64,000 bases of DNA from Candidatus Hydrogenedentota bacterium (GCA_963674865.2 CAXXYE010000009.1:736001-800000); one strand, 5' to 3'; positions 27,227 to 37,909 are shown, counted from the first letter of the stretch. The notes: generated by a model from the sequence alone, not told the origin. A program made the numbers and translations.

Positions 27227-28210
27227 ATGAGCGACGCGATTCGCTGGGGAATCCTGAGTACGGGGGCCATTGCCAAGAAGTTTGCCGACGGTCTTAAGAG
27301 TGCCCAAGGGGCGGAACTTGTGGCTGTCGGCTCACGCACCCAAGCGGCGGCGGATACTTTCGGAGAGGCCTTCAGCGTGCCGCACCGGCACGGATCCTAT
27401 GCCGATCTGGCCAATGATCCCGACGTGGACGCGATTTACATTGGGACTCCACACTCTGCGCACAAGGACAGCGCCCTTCTTTGTCTTGATGCCGGCAAGG
27501 CGGTGTTGTGCGAGAAGCCCTTTGCCATCAACGCTTCCGAGACGCGCGCCATGATCGTGCGCGCGCGGGAGAAGAAGCTGTTTCTGATGGAAGCGATGTG
27601 GACGCGATTCATCCCGCTGATCGTGCGCGTGCGCGAACTGCTGGCGGAAGGCGTGATCGGAGAACCACGTATGGTGAGCGCCGATTTCGGTTTCAGGGCC
27701 GGTGTGAATCCGGAAGGCCGTTTGTTCAATCCGCACTTGGGCGGCGGCGGGCTGCTCGACGTGGGCATCTACACGCTCTCTTTCGCATCGATGGTGTTCG
27801 GCCGGCCGGCCGGCGTGGTGTCGGCGGCCCATCTTGGGGAGACGGGCGTGGACGAGCAGGCAGCCATGATCCTGCGCTATGATCAGGGCCAACTTGCCGT
27901 CCTTTCCACGGCGGTGCGTACGACGACGCCCCATGAGGCCACCATCATGGGCACCGGCGGGCGCATCCGCATCCACAGCCGGTTTTGGTGTCCGCAGAAG
28001 ATGACGGTATCGGTGGACGGCAAGGAAGACGAGGTCATCGAGATGCCGTTCACGGGTAACGGATACCATTTTGAGGCCGAGGAGACGATGCAGTGCCTGC
28101 GCGAGGGGAAAACCGAGAGCGCGGTGATGCCGCTCGATGAAACGCTCGAACTTATGGAAACAATGGATGAGATTCGCGGGCAGTGGGGCCTCAAGTATCC
28201 GATGGAATAG
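27227..28210 (+). CDS. Gfo/Idh/MocA family oxidoreductase
   Basis: IRWGILSTGAIA, VLCEKP, FLMEAMWTRF, GGGLLDVGIY; RBS AAGGAG. Confidence 0.93.
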   Translation: MSDAIRWGILSTGAIAKKFADGLKSAQGAELVAVGSRTQAAADTFGEAFSVPHRHGSYADLANDPDVDAIYIGTPHSAHKDSALLCLDAGKAVLCEKPFAINASETRAMIVRAREKKLFLMEAMWTRFIPLIVRVRELLAEGVIGEPRMVSADFGFRAGVNPEGRLFNPHLGGGGLLDVGIYTLSFASMVFGRPAGVVSAAHLGETGVDEQAAMILRYDQGQLAVLSTAVRTTTPHEATIMGTGGRIRIHSRFWCPQKMTVSVDGKEDEVIEMPFTGNGYHFEAEETMQCLREGKTESAVMPLDETLELMETMDEIRGQWGLKYPME

Positions 28211-28262
28211 AGCGGGTTCGCGGGAGAAGTCCCCAAGAACGCGCGGTTAAGGAGTTTTCGGC

Positions 28263-29228
28263 ATGGAATTCGGACAGGTTCCCGGACTAACCACACCGGT
28301 TTCGAGGATTGTCCAAGGCACGATCATGCTGCGTGTCGATGCGATCGACCAGGGCTATGCTCTGTTAGACGCCGCTTTCGAGGCGGGCTACAACACGTTC
28401 GACACGGCCCACGGCTACGGCGGGGGCGACTGCGAACGGGTCCTGGGGCGGTGGATCAAAGATCGGGATATCCGTGACAAGGTTGTGATCCTTACGAAGG
28501 GTGCTCACCACAACGCCGACAGGCGCCGGGTGACGCCGTTTGACATCACGGCCGATCTGCATGATTCGCTCGCCCGGCTCGGTACGGATTACGTGGATCT
28601 CTATCTGCTCCACCGCGATGATCCGGCCGTGCCGGTTGGGCCGATTGTGGACGTACTCAACGAGCATTTCGAAGCGGGACGCATACGGGTATTCGGCGGG
28701 TCGAACTGGAGCCATGTGCGGCTGGCGGAAGCCAATGCCTACGCCGCCGCGCGGGGCGTGAAGCCTTTCGGCGCGAGCAGTCCCAACTTCAGCCTCGCGG
28801 AGCAGGTCGAGGAGCCCTGGGACAATTGCATTTCCATCGCGGGGCCGAGCCAATCCGAGGCCCGCGCGTGGTACCTCGATAACAAGATGCCCGTCTTTGC
28901 GTGGTCCAGCCTTGCCGGCGGTTTTTTCTCCGGCCGGTTTACCCGCGCGTCGATGGACGCGATGCCGGATGACTGCCCGGATATTCCGGTGCGGTGCTAC
29001 CGTTCCGAGGACAATTTGAAGCGTCTGGATCGGGTGCATGAGCTGGCGGCGAAAAAGGGCGTCTCCGTGCCGCAGGTGGCTGTGGCGTATGTGTTGCACC
29101 ACCCGATGGATACCTACGCCCTCGTGGCGCCGGTGAACTCGGCGGAGATACGGGATACGGCGGCGGCCGCGTCGCTAGTATTGACGGACGAAGAAATGGC
29201 CTGGTTGGACTTGCGGGAAGAGGCGTAA
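28263..29228 (+). CDS. Aldo/keto reductase
   Basis: FDTAHGYG, TKG, SLARLGTDYVDLYLLHRDD, GGSNW, AWSSLAGG. Confidence 0.93.
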   Translation: MEFGQVPGLTTPVSRIVQGTIMLRVDAIDQGYALLDAAFEAGYNTFDTAHGYGGGDCERVLGRWIKDRDIRDKVVILTKGAHHNADRRRVTPFDITADLHDSLARLGTDYVDLYLLHRDDPAVPVGPIVDVLNEHFEAGRIRVFGGSNWSHVRLAEANAYAAARGVKPFGASSPNFSLAEQVEEPWDNCISIAGPSQSEARAWYLDNKMPVFAWSSLAGGFFSGRFTRASMDAMPDDCPDIPVRCYRSEDNLKRLDRVHELAAKKGVSVPQVAVAYVLHHPMDTYALVAPVNSAEIRDTAAAASLVLTDEEMAWLDLREEA

Positions 29229-29282
29229 CGGCGGCCACGGCCGAAGGGCATTCGCAGTCTGCGGGGGCCCGGATGGAGCAAG

Positions 29283-30449
29283 TCAGGTTAGGCGCTGCGC
29301 GTAGCGGGGATTCTTCGCGGACATGTCTTCGCGATATCGGGGCGGGTGCAGGCGGCTTGCGTCGAGATCGAGAAACGCGAGTAGCTTCGCCGAGAGCCAT
29401 TTCTCTATCTTGAGGACGGTCATCTTCCGGCGCAGGCGCCCCTGGACGTCGCGATTCGTGATGTACGGCATCGTGTTGAGCGCGACAATCTCGTGAAACT
29501 CCGGCGTATTAAGGTTTTCCCGCACCTCGCTTGAGGAGTAGTAGTGCGTGACGCAGAACACGGTGCGTTGCGCGCCGAGCTCCTTGAGCAGCCTACAGCA
29601 CTCGCGAATGGTGTTGCCGGTGCGCACCATGTCGTCCACCACTACGATGTCCCTCCCTTTGATCTGCTCGACGTTAACGTCGGAATCGGGGGCAATGGCA
29701 GAGTCGACGCTACGCTCGCCCGAGCGGCGTTTGGCCAAGCAGATCACGCCGGCACTGGCGCCGCCGAGCTTCTCGTGGATGTCGAGGGCCATGGCGCGAG
29801 CGCCTTCGTCGGGGGCGCAGAGGAGGACGCCTTCGCCAGAGCGGATGGCGGGAGCCACATCTGAGCGCAGCACGTAATCGGCGAAGATCTCGGTGGGAGA
29901 GAGGTCTACGAAGCGGTCTCCGAAAATGCCCTGGAAGGTCTTCTTGGCGGAGATGGAATGATTGTGGACGGTGAGCACCGCATCTACGCCGGCTACCTTG
30001 AGGACGCGCGCGTACAGCAGGCAAGAGAAGGGCTGCCCATCGAACTTCTTGAAGTCCTCAAGGTTCCTAGACTTGTCGCACATCCCCTGGTCTTCACGAG
30101 GGCCGCGGTCCTGGGCGGCAAAGAAGAGGTTGGGTTGCACAAGGATGACGTCCTTGGCGCCGTTGTCCTTGGCGGCGCCGGCGAGAAGGCATGTATGCCA
30201 CGCGATGTCGTTGCGTGTCAGCCGTGAGGAATCGGCCGCCACGATAACGACGGTGCGCTCATCGAGCAGATGGCCGATGTTGTCGTAGCGGTCGGGATCG
30301 CCTATGAACCGGGGGCAGAACTCCCCGTTGGCGAAGGTCTTGAGGGCGACGATGTCCGAGTAGTCGATCTTCTGCCCGGAGTACATCGCCACGTCGATGG
30401 CAAAAGGTTCGTCGGATTCGGTTGCGACAATGAGCGGATTGCTTTCCAT
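29283..30449 (-). CDS. Divergent ribose-phosphate pyrophosphokinase (Prs)-like protein
   Basis: FANGE, AAKDNGA, QDR, APDEGA, KRRSG, VVVDDMVRTGNT, CVTH; contains insertions relative to canonical Prs. Confidence 0.8.
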   Translation of the reverse strand: MESNPLIVATESDEPFAIDVAMYSGQKIDYSDIVALKTFANGEFCPRFIGDPDRYDNIGHLLDERTVVIVAADSSRLTRNDIAWHTCLLAGAAKDNGAKDVILVQPNLFFAAQDRGPREDQGMCDKSRNLEDFKKFDGQPFSCLLYARVLKVAGVDAVLTVHNHSISAKKTFQGIFGDRFVDLSPTEIFADYVLRSDVAPAIRSGEGVLLCAPDEGARAMALDIHEKLGGASAGVICLAKRRSGERSVDSAIAPDSDVNVEQIKGRDIVVVDDMVRTGNTIRECCRLLKELGAQRTVFCVTHYYSSSEVRENLNTPEFHEIVALNTMPYITNRDVQGRLRRKMTVLKIEKWLSAKLLAFLDLDASRLHPPRYREDMSAKNPRYAQRLT

Positions 30450-30643
30450 GCTTGTTCCGGCATAGCGCACCCCTCGAGGCGGTTCGCTGGGTGATGACCT
30501 AGACGGCTATGCAGAGACTCTAGCTTCCGGGGCCGGTGGGAGTCAACGCGCCGGCGTGCGCCGGCACACCTCGCTGCCGCGGGCCTGACTGACGTTGGGC
30601 GACTGGCCGTTCAGTCCGAGAACAGGATTTTTCCCGAAGCGCC

Positions 30644-31714
30644 TTACCAGCGGCGAACGTCGAGGGGGGTGGTCACATTGGTATCGTGTGCGGTGTGGAG
30701 TTGGCGTTGGGCCGTCGCGTAGACATGGCCGTCGTCGCCCACATAGGGGCGACTCAGGGCGAAGATGTTTGCGGCGAGCAGTCTAGCCTTTCCGCGGCCC
30801 GCGTCATAGCAGTAGAGATTGCGGAAATCGCGTTCGTCGAGCAGGGGGTGGCCGGCCAGCGGCTTGAATTCCTCCTTGGGAACGTGGTCAATCCAGGCCA
30901 CCAGACCTTCGCGCACGCTGGGCCCGTCAATGTACCGCTCCACCTGGGCGATGGCGCGGCTCTCTCCCGTGTCGAGTTTGTGCGCGTAGAGCGTCCATAT
31001 GTCGTTGTCCTTGGCGAAGTACACGACGAATCCGTCACTCACGTCGGCGGCGTCCCTGCCGGCGTTTTCGACGTTCAGAGAATGCGTGACGCCCGTGGCG
31101 ATATTGTGGGCGAACAGGGAGAAGCCTTGGTTGGGTTTCCCGCGCGCCCAGACGACGTGGTCGCCGTCGATGCGGGGCTCGTGGGCATAGTAGCCAGTCA
31201 CGGGGTCGAGCAACTGGGGCGTTGTCCCGTTCAGGTCCATGACGGCGACTGCCGAGCCGCGCTCGATGTCCTGCACCCATACGAGGCGGTTGCCGGATAT
31301 GTCCAACTCCCGGATCCTCTGTGCCTGCGCGACATCGCGCCGGCTTCCATCGCTCACATCGCACAGGACCACCGTGTCCGGGCCCGCATTCTTGCCGGTA
31401 GCGCGCATCACGTAAACCGCGCGGCTCCCGTCCATGGCCAGGCCGCCGCCGGGCCACGGGTTCTCTATCTCCGTCTCGGCGTTGGTGCTCAGGTTGCGGG
31501 CGACAAGGTGGTTCGGCGAACCGGATGTGCTTGCGGGAGTCCAGCAATAGACCATCCATTGCCCGGATACAACGAATTCGTGAACGCGTCGACCGCTCAG
31601 GTCGGCGGTCACGACAGTTCCTTTGGATGGCCCACATCCAGCAACGAGTACCACCGAAGCGATTGTGGCGGGCAGGAAAGCTCTACGAGCGGAGTTCCGG
31701 ATGATCGCCGTCAT
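30644..31714 (-). CDS. Lipoprotein with TolB-like beta-propeller repeats
   Basis: Lipobox VAGC; repeats such as DISGNRLVW, RIDGDHVVW, DVSDGFVVY, SVREGLVAW. Confidence 0.72.
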   Translation of the reverse strand: MTAIIRNSARRAFLPATIASVVLVAGCGPSKGTVVTADLSGRRVHEFVVSGQWMVYCWTPASTSGSPNHLVARNLSTNAETEIENPWPGGGLAMDGSRAVYVMRATGKNAGPDTVVLCDVSDGSRRDVAQAQRIRELDISGNRLVWVQDIERGSAVAVMDLNGTTPQLLDPVTGYYAHEPRIDGDHVVWARGKPNQGFSLFAHNIATGVTHSLNVENAGRDAADVSDGFVVYFAKDNDIWTLYAHKLDTGESRAIAQVERYIDGPSVREGLVAWIDHVPKEEFKPLAGHPLLDERDFRNLYCYDAGRGKARLLAANIFALSRPYVGDDGHVYATAQRQLHTAHDTNVTTPLDVRRW

Positions 31715-32208
31715 TTTTGCGTGAATCCTTTTCTGAACGATGGTGTATAGATCATTAGAGGATCCTGTATGGGTTTCTAGCAGTTCTGAGAAGAAACTGC
31801 AAGATCTCGGCATTGTGCCCGATTGCCGAATTGGCATTCGGGCCGCGCTGTCGAGTCATTCGGCGATTGCGCCGTTCCAGCCGCCATAGCAGTGTGCGTA
31901 ATGCGGCATTCACGGAGATTGGCCGGGCAACGATGCCGCGCGGGAAGCTTCCGGCACAGCGGCCGAAGCTATCCGTTCGTGGCCGATCATTGTGCTGTGC
32001 GTTGGGAATAGGATAGAGTAACTGTCATAGGATGCCGTTGGTGGTGGGCCATCGGCCCTGGTGTGCTTTTCATGGCTTCTGCTGGCAACGAGTTGCCAAA
32101 CTGATTCAGGCGCTTGTCTTCCAGCCGGGCCGCCTAATGGGGAATGTCTTCGTGACGAAGCCAAATCGCCAGGATGACCGCGCCGCAGCGGCCTTGGGGG
32201 TAACGGCG

Positions 32209-35097
32209 ATGCGCGTTGTCGTGGTCGCCTGGATCCTGCTCACGGCGGCGGTATTGGCCGCGCTGTTCTTCGCTCCTCGCAAGCCTCCCGCGCCGCCCAC
32301 GTCGGCTATTCGCTATGATCCTCGGCCCCTTCGGCAGGGCGCTGTTCCGGAAATCCCAGAGTCTGATAGCGGCGACGTGTCTCCAGTCCAGCGTGCCGAC
32401 GAGGCCGAGGGCGCCTGCCTGGTGTTCGGTATGGTGACGGACGACGAAACGGGTGAGCCGGTGGCCGGGGCACGGGTGGTGTGCCGCCCGGGCATGCGGG
32501 CCGAGGCGCAGGCGGCTTTCCGGCCTCAGCCGGAGGCGGCCGAGAACGTAGGCGGCGCGAAGGCGCCGAAACTCTCCCCGGAAGAGGGCGCCGCCCAACT
32601 CGCCATCCACGAGGCCCGTACGGATGGGGAAGGCCGCTATGAAATGCGTATTCCTCGCGCCTCTGTGTGTGTCGTAAAGGCCAGTCACGAGGGTTTCCTG
32701 CCGGCGGCGGCGGAGTCATTTGCCTTGGCACCGAACCAATCCGAGTTGCGCGTAGACTTCGCGCTCTCGCGTGGAGCGTCCGTGATGGGCCGGGTGGTCG
32801 AGGCGGGCAATCGTAGGGGCGCGCCCGGCATCCAGGTGCGGGCCTCCGGCGCGGCAGATGGCGTAGCGAGAACCGGCGAGGACGGCGCCTACATCTTGTC
32901 CGGACTCGTTCCGGGAGACTATGCGGTAACGCTGTCTCTCAGGAATACTCCCTATCTCGTGACAGGAGCTGTGCCGATGCAGGCGGTAACCATTTCGACG
33001 CCGGACGAGCGCAAGAGCGGAGTAGATTTTGAGGTCGAAGCCGCAGGCACGATATGGGGGTATGTATGGGGGCAGGATGAACAGCCGGTTCCGCGTGCGG
33101 ATGTCGTGCTTTGCGGTGTCGAGAGCGTGGTCAAGCAGTTCATAAGCACGGTAGTTCGTTCCGCGGAGCCCATCTTAGGCGTATCCGACGACCGTGGCTA
33201 CTACGAACTTGTGGGTGTGCCGCTGGACGAGGAATGGCAGGTGTATGCGGTGGCGGATGATTGGTCGCCGCAGTTGAGCGATCCCTTCTTGGTGACGGGC
33301 GGCCACCGGACAATCCGGGTGGACCTGTTCCTTTCCGCGGGTTCATGCATCCTCGGGCAAGTCATCGATACGGCGGGCGCGGGAATAGCGGATGCGCACG
33401 TTCAGATCCTGCCGGGATACCAGCGGTTTCTTCAGCCGGTGGATCGCCCGTTGGCTTTTCGAGATGTCGAGTCGGATGATCGGGGCGGATTCATCATAGA
33501 GCACGTGCCGGATGGGGAGTCTCAGATCCTGGCACAGCGTCAGGGGTACAAGATAAGTCTCGTGGGCGAGCCCGTCTATCCGGATGGGCAAACCGATGTT
33601 CGCGGGGTGGAGATTGTCCTCATTCCCGTGGAGACGGGAGCGCACGACATCTACGGAACCGTGACGGATCCGCGCGGCCGGCCCGTCGCCGACGCCCGGC
33701 TGTCTCTGGGTGGCCTGGGCGTCGAGACACTGGCCGTCGAGGAGCGTTCGACGACTTCGGGCGTCAACGGCAGCTATGCCTTTCTGGGCATCGACGCGGG
33801 CTACTATGTTCTCACGTGCGCCAAGGAGGGCTATGCGTCGAAGGAGGTCGCCGACGTTCGATTGGACGAGCCGACCGACATCACTCTCGTTCCCAGCGCC
33901 GAGGTGCGGGGCCGGGTGCTGGTGCGTGAGAGTGGGTCGTCGCCTGAGCAATACTCGGTAGCGGCCATTCGACGTGTCGCTGCGCGAGGCGGGGTGGCGG
34001 GCTTCTTGGAGGATATCGAGGGCGCCGAAGACCGCTCGTTTAACGAGGAGGACGGGAGTTTCTCCCTGACGCTGTCGGCGGGTGAGTACACGCTCGAAGC
34101 ACGCGCGCCGGGCTTGACGCCCGGCCGGGCGTCCGTCTCCGTGGGTATGGGCGAAACACGCACAGGGGTGATCGTATATCTTAGCCGCTCCGGAGGGCGC
34201 ATCGAAGGCTGGGTGACGACGGCGGACAACAGGTCCCCGGCCGGGGGTATGGTTTGGCTGGCGCGGGAGGGCGTGCCGGCGCCGTCGATCTTCGGTATGG
34301 ACGCGGCCTATGCAGCGCAGCAGACGGGACTCGGCTCGGATGGGCGGTTCGCGTTCGACCACCTTCCCGCGGACACGTACCGGCTTTACGCGCGGGTCTC
34401 CGGCTATGCTCAAGGCCAGAGCGGCCCCATTGTGGTTGCCGAGAACCGCACCGTCTCCGGGATCGAGATTGTCACGGGGTATGGCGGTGGCCTGCAGGGA
34501 TACGTGTTCATGGACGGCGAACTGAAGTCCGGCGTTATCGTCACCGTGGCGGGCAATGGGTTGAGCGATATGACCTCCACCGACCGCAACGGATTCTATA
34601 CGCTTGAGTCGCTGGCGCCGGGCTCCTACCTGGCGTCAGCCGTCCTGCTCGATACCGCGAATCTGGCGGGCGTGTTTGCTCCGTTGCACGCGCAGGTGGA
34701 GGTCTATGAAGACCGCGTGACGGAGTACAATTTCGGGGAGGAAACGGGCGCGATCATCGCGGGCTACGTGAATCCTTCGCCCGAAACGGGGCAGTTTGCT
34801 TTTGCCGTCGTCCGACTTCCCGGCGCCCCGGAGGATCTGTCGGGACTGAACTTGCATGATCCCGCCAGTTGGCTCGTGAGCGATAACGACCTCGGGCGCT
34901 ATATTGTGGGTATGGCATCTGTTGGCCGCGACGGCAGTTTCCGGGTGCCGAATCTTCCCGAGGGCGATTTCCTGCTCAGCGTCTACGAGATGAGCCTGGG
35001 CGAGGTCCTGTCGGGGACGGTTAGGAATGTCTACGACACGCCGATCCGAGTGACGGGAACCGGGCAGCTTGATATTGACGTTTCGCTGGGGGATTGA
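32209..35097 (+). CDS. Membrane-anchored protein with multiple carboxypeptidase-regulatory-like (prealbumin-fold) repeats; start uncertain (32137 or 32209)
   Basis: N-terminal TM; repeated G.V.D..G.PV.GA.V...TD..G.Y....L..G.Y units. Confidence 0.85.
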   Translation: MRVVVVAWILLTAAVLAALFFAPRKPPAPPTSAIRYDPRPLRQGAVPEIPESDSGDVSPVQRADEAEGACLVFGMVTDDETGEPVAGARVVCRPGMRAEAQAAFRPQPEAAENVGGAKAPKLSPEEGAAQLAIHEARTDGEGRYEMRIPRASVCVVKASHEGFLPAAAESFALAPNQSELRVDFALSRGASVMGRVVEAGNRRGAPGIQVRASGAADGVARTGEDGAYILSGLVPGDYAVTLSLRNTPYLVTGAVPMQAVTISTPDERKSGVDFEVEAAGTIWGYVWGQDEQPVPRADVVLCGVESVVKQFISTVVRSAEPILGVSDDRGYYELVGVPLDEEWQVYAVADDWSPQLSDPFLVTGGHRTIRVDLFLSAGSCILGQVIDTAGAGIADAHVQILPGYQRFLQPVDRPLAFRDVESDDRGGFIIEHVPDGESQILAQRQGYKISLVGEPVYPDGQTDVRGVEIVLIPVETGAHDIYGTVTDPRGRPVADARLSLGGLGVETLAVEERSTTSGVNGSYAFLGIDAGYYVLTCAKEGYASKEVADVRLDEPTDITLVPSAEVRGRVLVRESGSSPEQYSVAAIRRVAARGGVAGFLEDIEGAEDRSFNEEDGSFSLTLSAGEYTLEARAPGLTPGRASVSVGMGETRTGVIVYLSRSGGRIEGWVTTADNRSPAGGMVWLAREGVPAPSIFGMDAAYAAQQTGLGSDGRFAFDHLPADTYRLYARVSGYAQGQSGPIVVAENRTVSGIEIVTGYGGGLQGYVFMDGELKSGVIVTVAGNGLSDMTSTDRNGFYTLESLAPGSYLASAVLLDTANLAGVFAPLHAQVEVYEDRVTEYNFGEETGAIIAGYVNPSPETGQFAFAVVRLPGAPEDLSGLNLHDPASWLVSDNDLGRYIVGMASVGRDGSFRVPNLPEGDFLLSVYEMSLGEVLSGTVRNVYDTPIRVTGTGQLDIDVSLGD

Positions 35098-35155
35098 CGT
35101 TGTGGGCACATCTGATATATCACCATGTTGATTCGGTGAGAAACCGGGGGTACGG

Positions 35156-36127
35156 ATGGCTTTAGTCGAGATTGAGGATGTTGCGGTTTCCTACGGCCGC
35201 ATCACAGCGCTCAACGGCGTTTCCTGCTCGATTGATTCGGGCGCCGTGGGCCTGCTCGGGCCCAACGGCGCGGGAAAAAGCACCCTTCTTAAGACGCTCC
35301 TCGGATTCGTGAGGGCCGAGCGCGGCGTTGTATCGATGTTCGGAGCGCAGATGCCCAAGGCCGCGCTTCAGGTGCGCGCACGTCTCGGCTACATGCCCGA
35401 GCGCGAGATCGTCGCGCCCAGGTTGAGCGCCGTCTCGTTCCTTGCGCTCTGCGGGTGTCTCCATGGAATGACGCGCGCCGACGCCATGGAGCGGGCCCAC
35501 GAGGTGCTCAACTACGTTGGGATGGGCGAAAACCGCTATCGCAAGACGGAAACGTATTCCACCGGGATGTGCCAGCGGATGAAGTTCGCCCAGGCGCTGA
35601 TCCACGATCCCAAGCTTCTGCTCCTCGATGAGCCGACGAATGGGCTGGATCCCGAGGGGCGGGTCGAGATGCTCGATCTGATCAAGGAGCTTGCCGTCAA
35701 GCGCCAGGTGACGACGATCCTCTCGTCGCATCTCCTCAATGACATCGAGTACGTTTGTGATCGTGTCGTGGTGCTCAACCAAGGCAGCGTGGTGCGCGAC
35801 AGCACGATGGCCGACCTGACCCGGCTTCGGGACGGCGTGGTGGAACTGCGAGTCCGGGATCACAAAGAGGACTTTCGGGCGGCAGTCGAGGCCGCGGGAT
35901 GTGCTTGGCACGATCAGTACGATGGCAATGTGCTCGTGGTGAAGCCGGAGCGCGTCACGATACGCTCGCTCTTCGAGATCGCGCACGCCCAGGGCACCCA
36001 GATTCGCTATCTTCAGCCTGTGCGCCAGCGGCTCGAGGAGGCCTTTATGGAGGCGATTCGGTGCGCCCCGGTCGCGGGGGAAGGCGCGCCCGGCAGCGAG
36101 AAGGGGGATAGCCGTGCCGATCTATGA
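35156..36127 (+). CDS. ABC-2 type transporter ATP-binding protein
   Basis: GPNGAGKST, YSTGM signature, LLLDEPTNGLDP, SSH. Confidence 0.95.
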   Translation: MALVEIEDVAVSYGRITALNGVSCSIDSGAVGLLGPNGAGKSTLLKTLLGFVRAERGVVSMFGAQMPKAALQVRARLGYMPEREIVAPRLSAVSFLALCGCLHGMTRADAMERAHEVLNYVGMGENRYRKTETYSTGMCQRMKFAQALIHDPKLLLLDEPTNGLDPEGRVEMLDLIKELAVKRQVTTILSSHLLNDIEYVCDRVVVLNQGSVVRDSTMADLTRLRDGVVELRVRDHKEDFRAAVEAAGCAWHDQYDGNVLVVKPERVTIRSLFEIAHAQGTQIRYLQPVRQRLEEAFMEAIRCAPVAGEGAPGSEKGDSRADL

Positions 36128-36989
36128 TCAGTCGTACCGGACTTACGAGGGCGCCGTTCATCCGGGCCGCGGATGGTGGAGTATGGTGCGGCAGGAGCTT
36201 CGCGCCCTGACGTCCAACCGCACGTTTGTCGTTCTGGCGATTGGGGCCGGCCTGCACATCGCCTTTCGGTTTCTTCAGGTAGTGGTTTTCGATATCGCCG
36301 CCACGAAGGCCTCCCTGGCGTTCATCATGGTTCTCCGGGAGTTCACGGCATTTCACGTGGGGCCGCGGCTGTTCATGGATTTTCTCCGCGGCCAGGGGCC
36401 GATTGTGTTCCTGATGTCGATTATCGCAGGCGCAGGAATGATATGTGATGATTTCCGCAATAACCTCATGGAGGTCTACTTCTCCAAGCCCCTCACCTGG
36501 CGGGGCTACGTGCTCGGGCGGGTGACGGCTCTCGTGTTGGTGGGGCTCGCCCTGACGGCGGCTCCGGGGGTGCTGCTTGTCGTGGTACACAACCTACTCG
36601 CACCGGGATGGGAGACGCTTTCCAGCACCTACTGGTGGCCGCTGTCAATTGTGCTGTTTTCTTGCGTGATCGTGTTGCCGTGCGTTTTCGGCGTGCTGGC
36701 GAGTTCCGCGCTCTTCAGCAGCCGGCGCTATGCCTCGATTGCGGTGTTCATGGTGCTATTTGCCAATTTGATGTGCGGCTCGATCTTGCCGGAACTCCTT
36801 CGGCGGCCGAACCTGCATATCGTGGCCTTGCCGCTGGCCATCAACTGCCTTGGCGAGCAGCTCTTCCCGACGCGTGCGGCGGCCATCACGCTCCCATGGG
36901 GATGGTCGGCGCTGTATGTCGGCATGGTATGCGCCGGCGCGCTGGCCATCATCTGTTGGCGGGTGCGGCGCGCGGAGGTAGCCGCATGA
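36114..36989 (+). CDS. ABC-2 type transporter permease
   Basis: About 6 TM segments; D.R...M..YFSKPL...YVLG motif; overlaps both neighbours. Confidence 0.85.
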   Translation: MPIYDQSYRTYEGAVHPGRGWWSMVRQELRALTSNRTFVVLAIGAGLHIAFRFLQVVVFDIAATKASLAFIMVLREFTAFHVGPRLFMDFLRGQGPIVFLMSIIAGAGMICDDFRNNLMEVYFSKPLTWRGYVLGRVTALVLVGLALTAAPGVLLVVVHNLLAPGWETLSSTYWWPLSIVLFSCVIVLPCVFGVLASSALFSSRRYASIAVFMVLFANLMCGSILPELLRRPNLHIVALPLAINCLGEQLFPTRAAAITLPWGWSALYVGMVCAGALAIICWRVRRAEVAA

Positions 36990-37909
36990 CGGAAGCGGCC
37001 ATTGAAGTGCGGAGCCTGTCTAAGTGGTTTGGCGAGGTTGTGGCCATCAACAATCTTGACCTCGGGATTGGGCCGGGGGTGACTGGGTTGTTGGGGCCGA
37101 ACGGTGCGGGCAAGACTACCTTCATCAAGGTTGCTCTCGGCCTCTACCGGCCTAGTCGTGGCAGCGTCCGCGTCTTCGGTGAAGCGCCCCGGGGCAACCT
37201 CGACTTGGCCAGGCGGGTGGCCTATTGCCCTGAAAGCGATCGCTTCTACGACAACATGACGGGCTATGAGTTCATCTTCTGGATGAACCGCTACGCCGGT
37301 ATGGACGCCGCCGCGGCGAGGAAGTCGGCCGAGGACGCCTGCGCCCGGATGCATATGAGCGGCCGGATGCACGATCTCATCGCTACCTACAGCCGCGGTA
37401 TGCGGCAGCGCATCAACCTGGCCCAGGCGCTGTCCCGTCCCTGTGACTTGCTATTCCTGGACGAGCCGCTTGCGGGACTCGATCCCGAGGGACGCGAGGA
37501 GATGTTCGCCTTGATCCGCACGCTCGGAAGCGAAGGCCGAACCGTGGTCGTGTCCAGCCATATTCTTTACGAAATCGAGCGGGTGACAAACTCGATGGTG
37601 CTCTTGCACAAGGGCCGTATCGTGGCCACGGGCGAAGTGCGCCATATCCGGGATCTCATTGACGGCCACCCGCACGCGGTTACCATCGAATGCCGCCAGG
37701 CCCGGACAATCGCGGAGCACTTCGTTCACGACGAAGCCACGCTCGGGATCGAGTTTCTCCCGAAAGCGGTGACTATACGCACGAGCGCCCCGAATGCGTT
37801 CTACAAGAAGCTGAACGGCCTGGTGATTGATGAGGGACTGGACGTCGAGAGCGTGCGCTGTCCAGACGACAACCTGCAGGCGGTGTTCGATTACCTGGTG
37901 ACAAAGTGA
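36986..37909 (+). CDS. ABC-2 type transporter ATP-binding protein (second copy)
   Basis: Start MTEAAIEV at 36986 (GGAGG RBS, ATGA overlap); GPNGAGKTT, YSRGMRQR, FLDEP. Confidence 0.95.
   Translation: MTEAAIEVRSLSKWFGEVVAINNLDLGIGPGVTGLLGPNGAGKTTFIKVALGLYRPSRGSVRVFGEAPRGNLDLARRVAYCPESDRFYDNMTGYEFIFWMNRYAGMDAAAARKSAEDACARMHMSGRMHDLIATYSRGMRQRINLAQALSRPCDLLFLDEPLAGLDPEGREEMFALIRTLGSEGRTVVVSSHILYEIERVTNSMVLLHKGRIVATGEVRHIRDLIDGHPHAVTIECRQARTIAEHFVHDEATLGIEFLPKAVTIRTSAPNAFYKKLNGLVIDEGLDVESVRCPDDNLQAVFDYLVTK

Noticed and set aside
32083..32098. TGGCAACGAGTTGC as a sigma54 promoter
   Set aside because: GG-to-GC spacing is one base short on both strands; kept only as a palindrome
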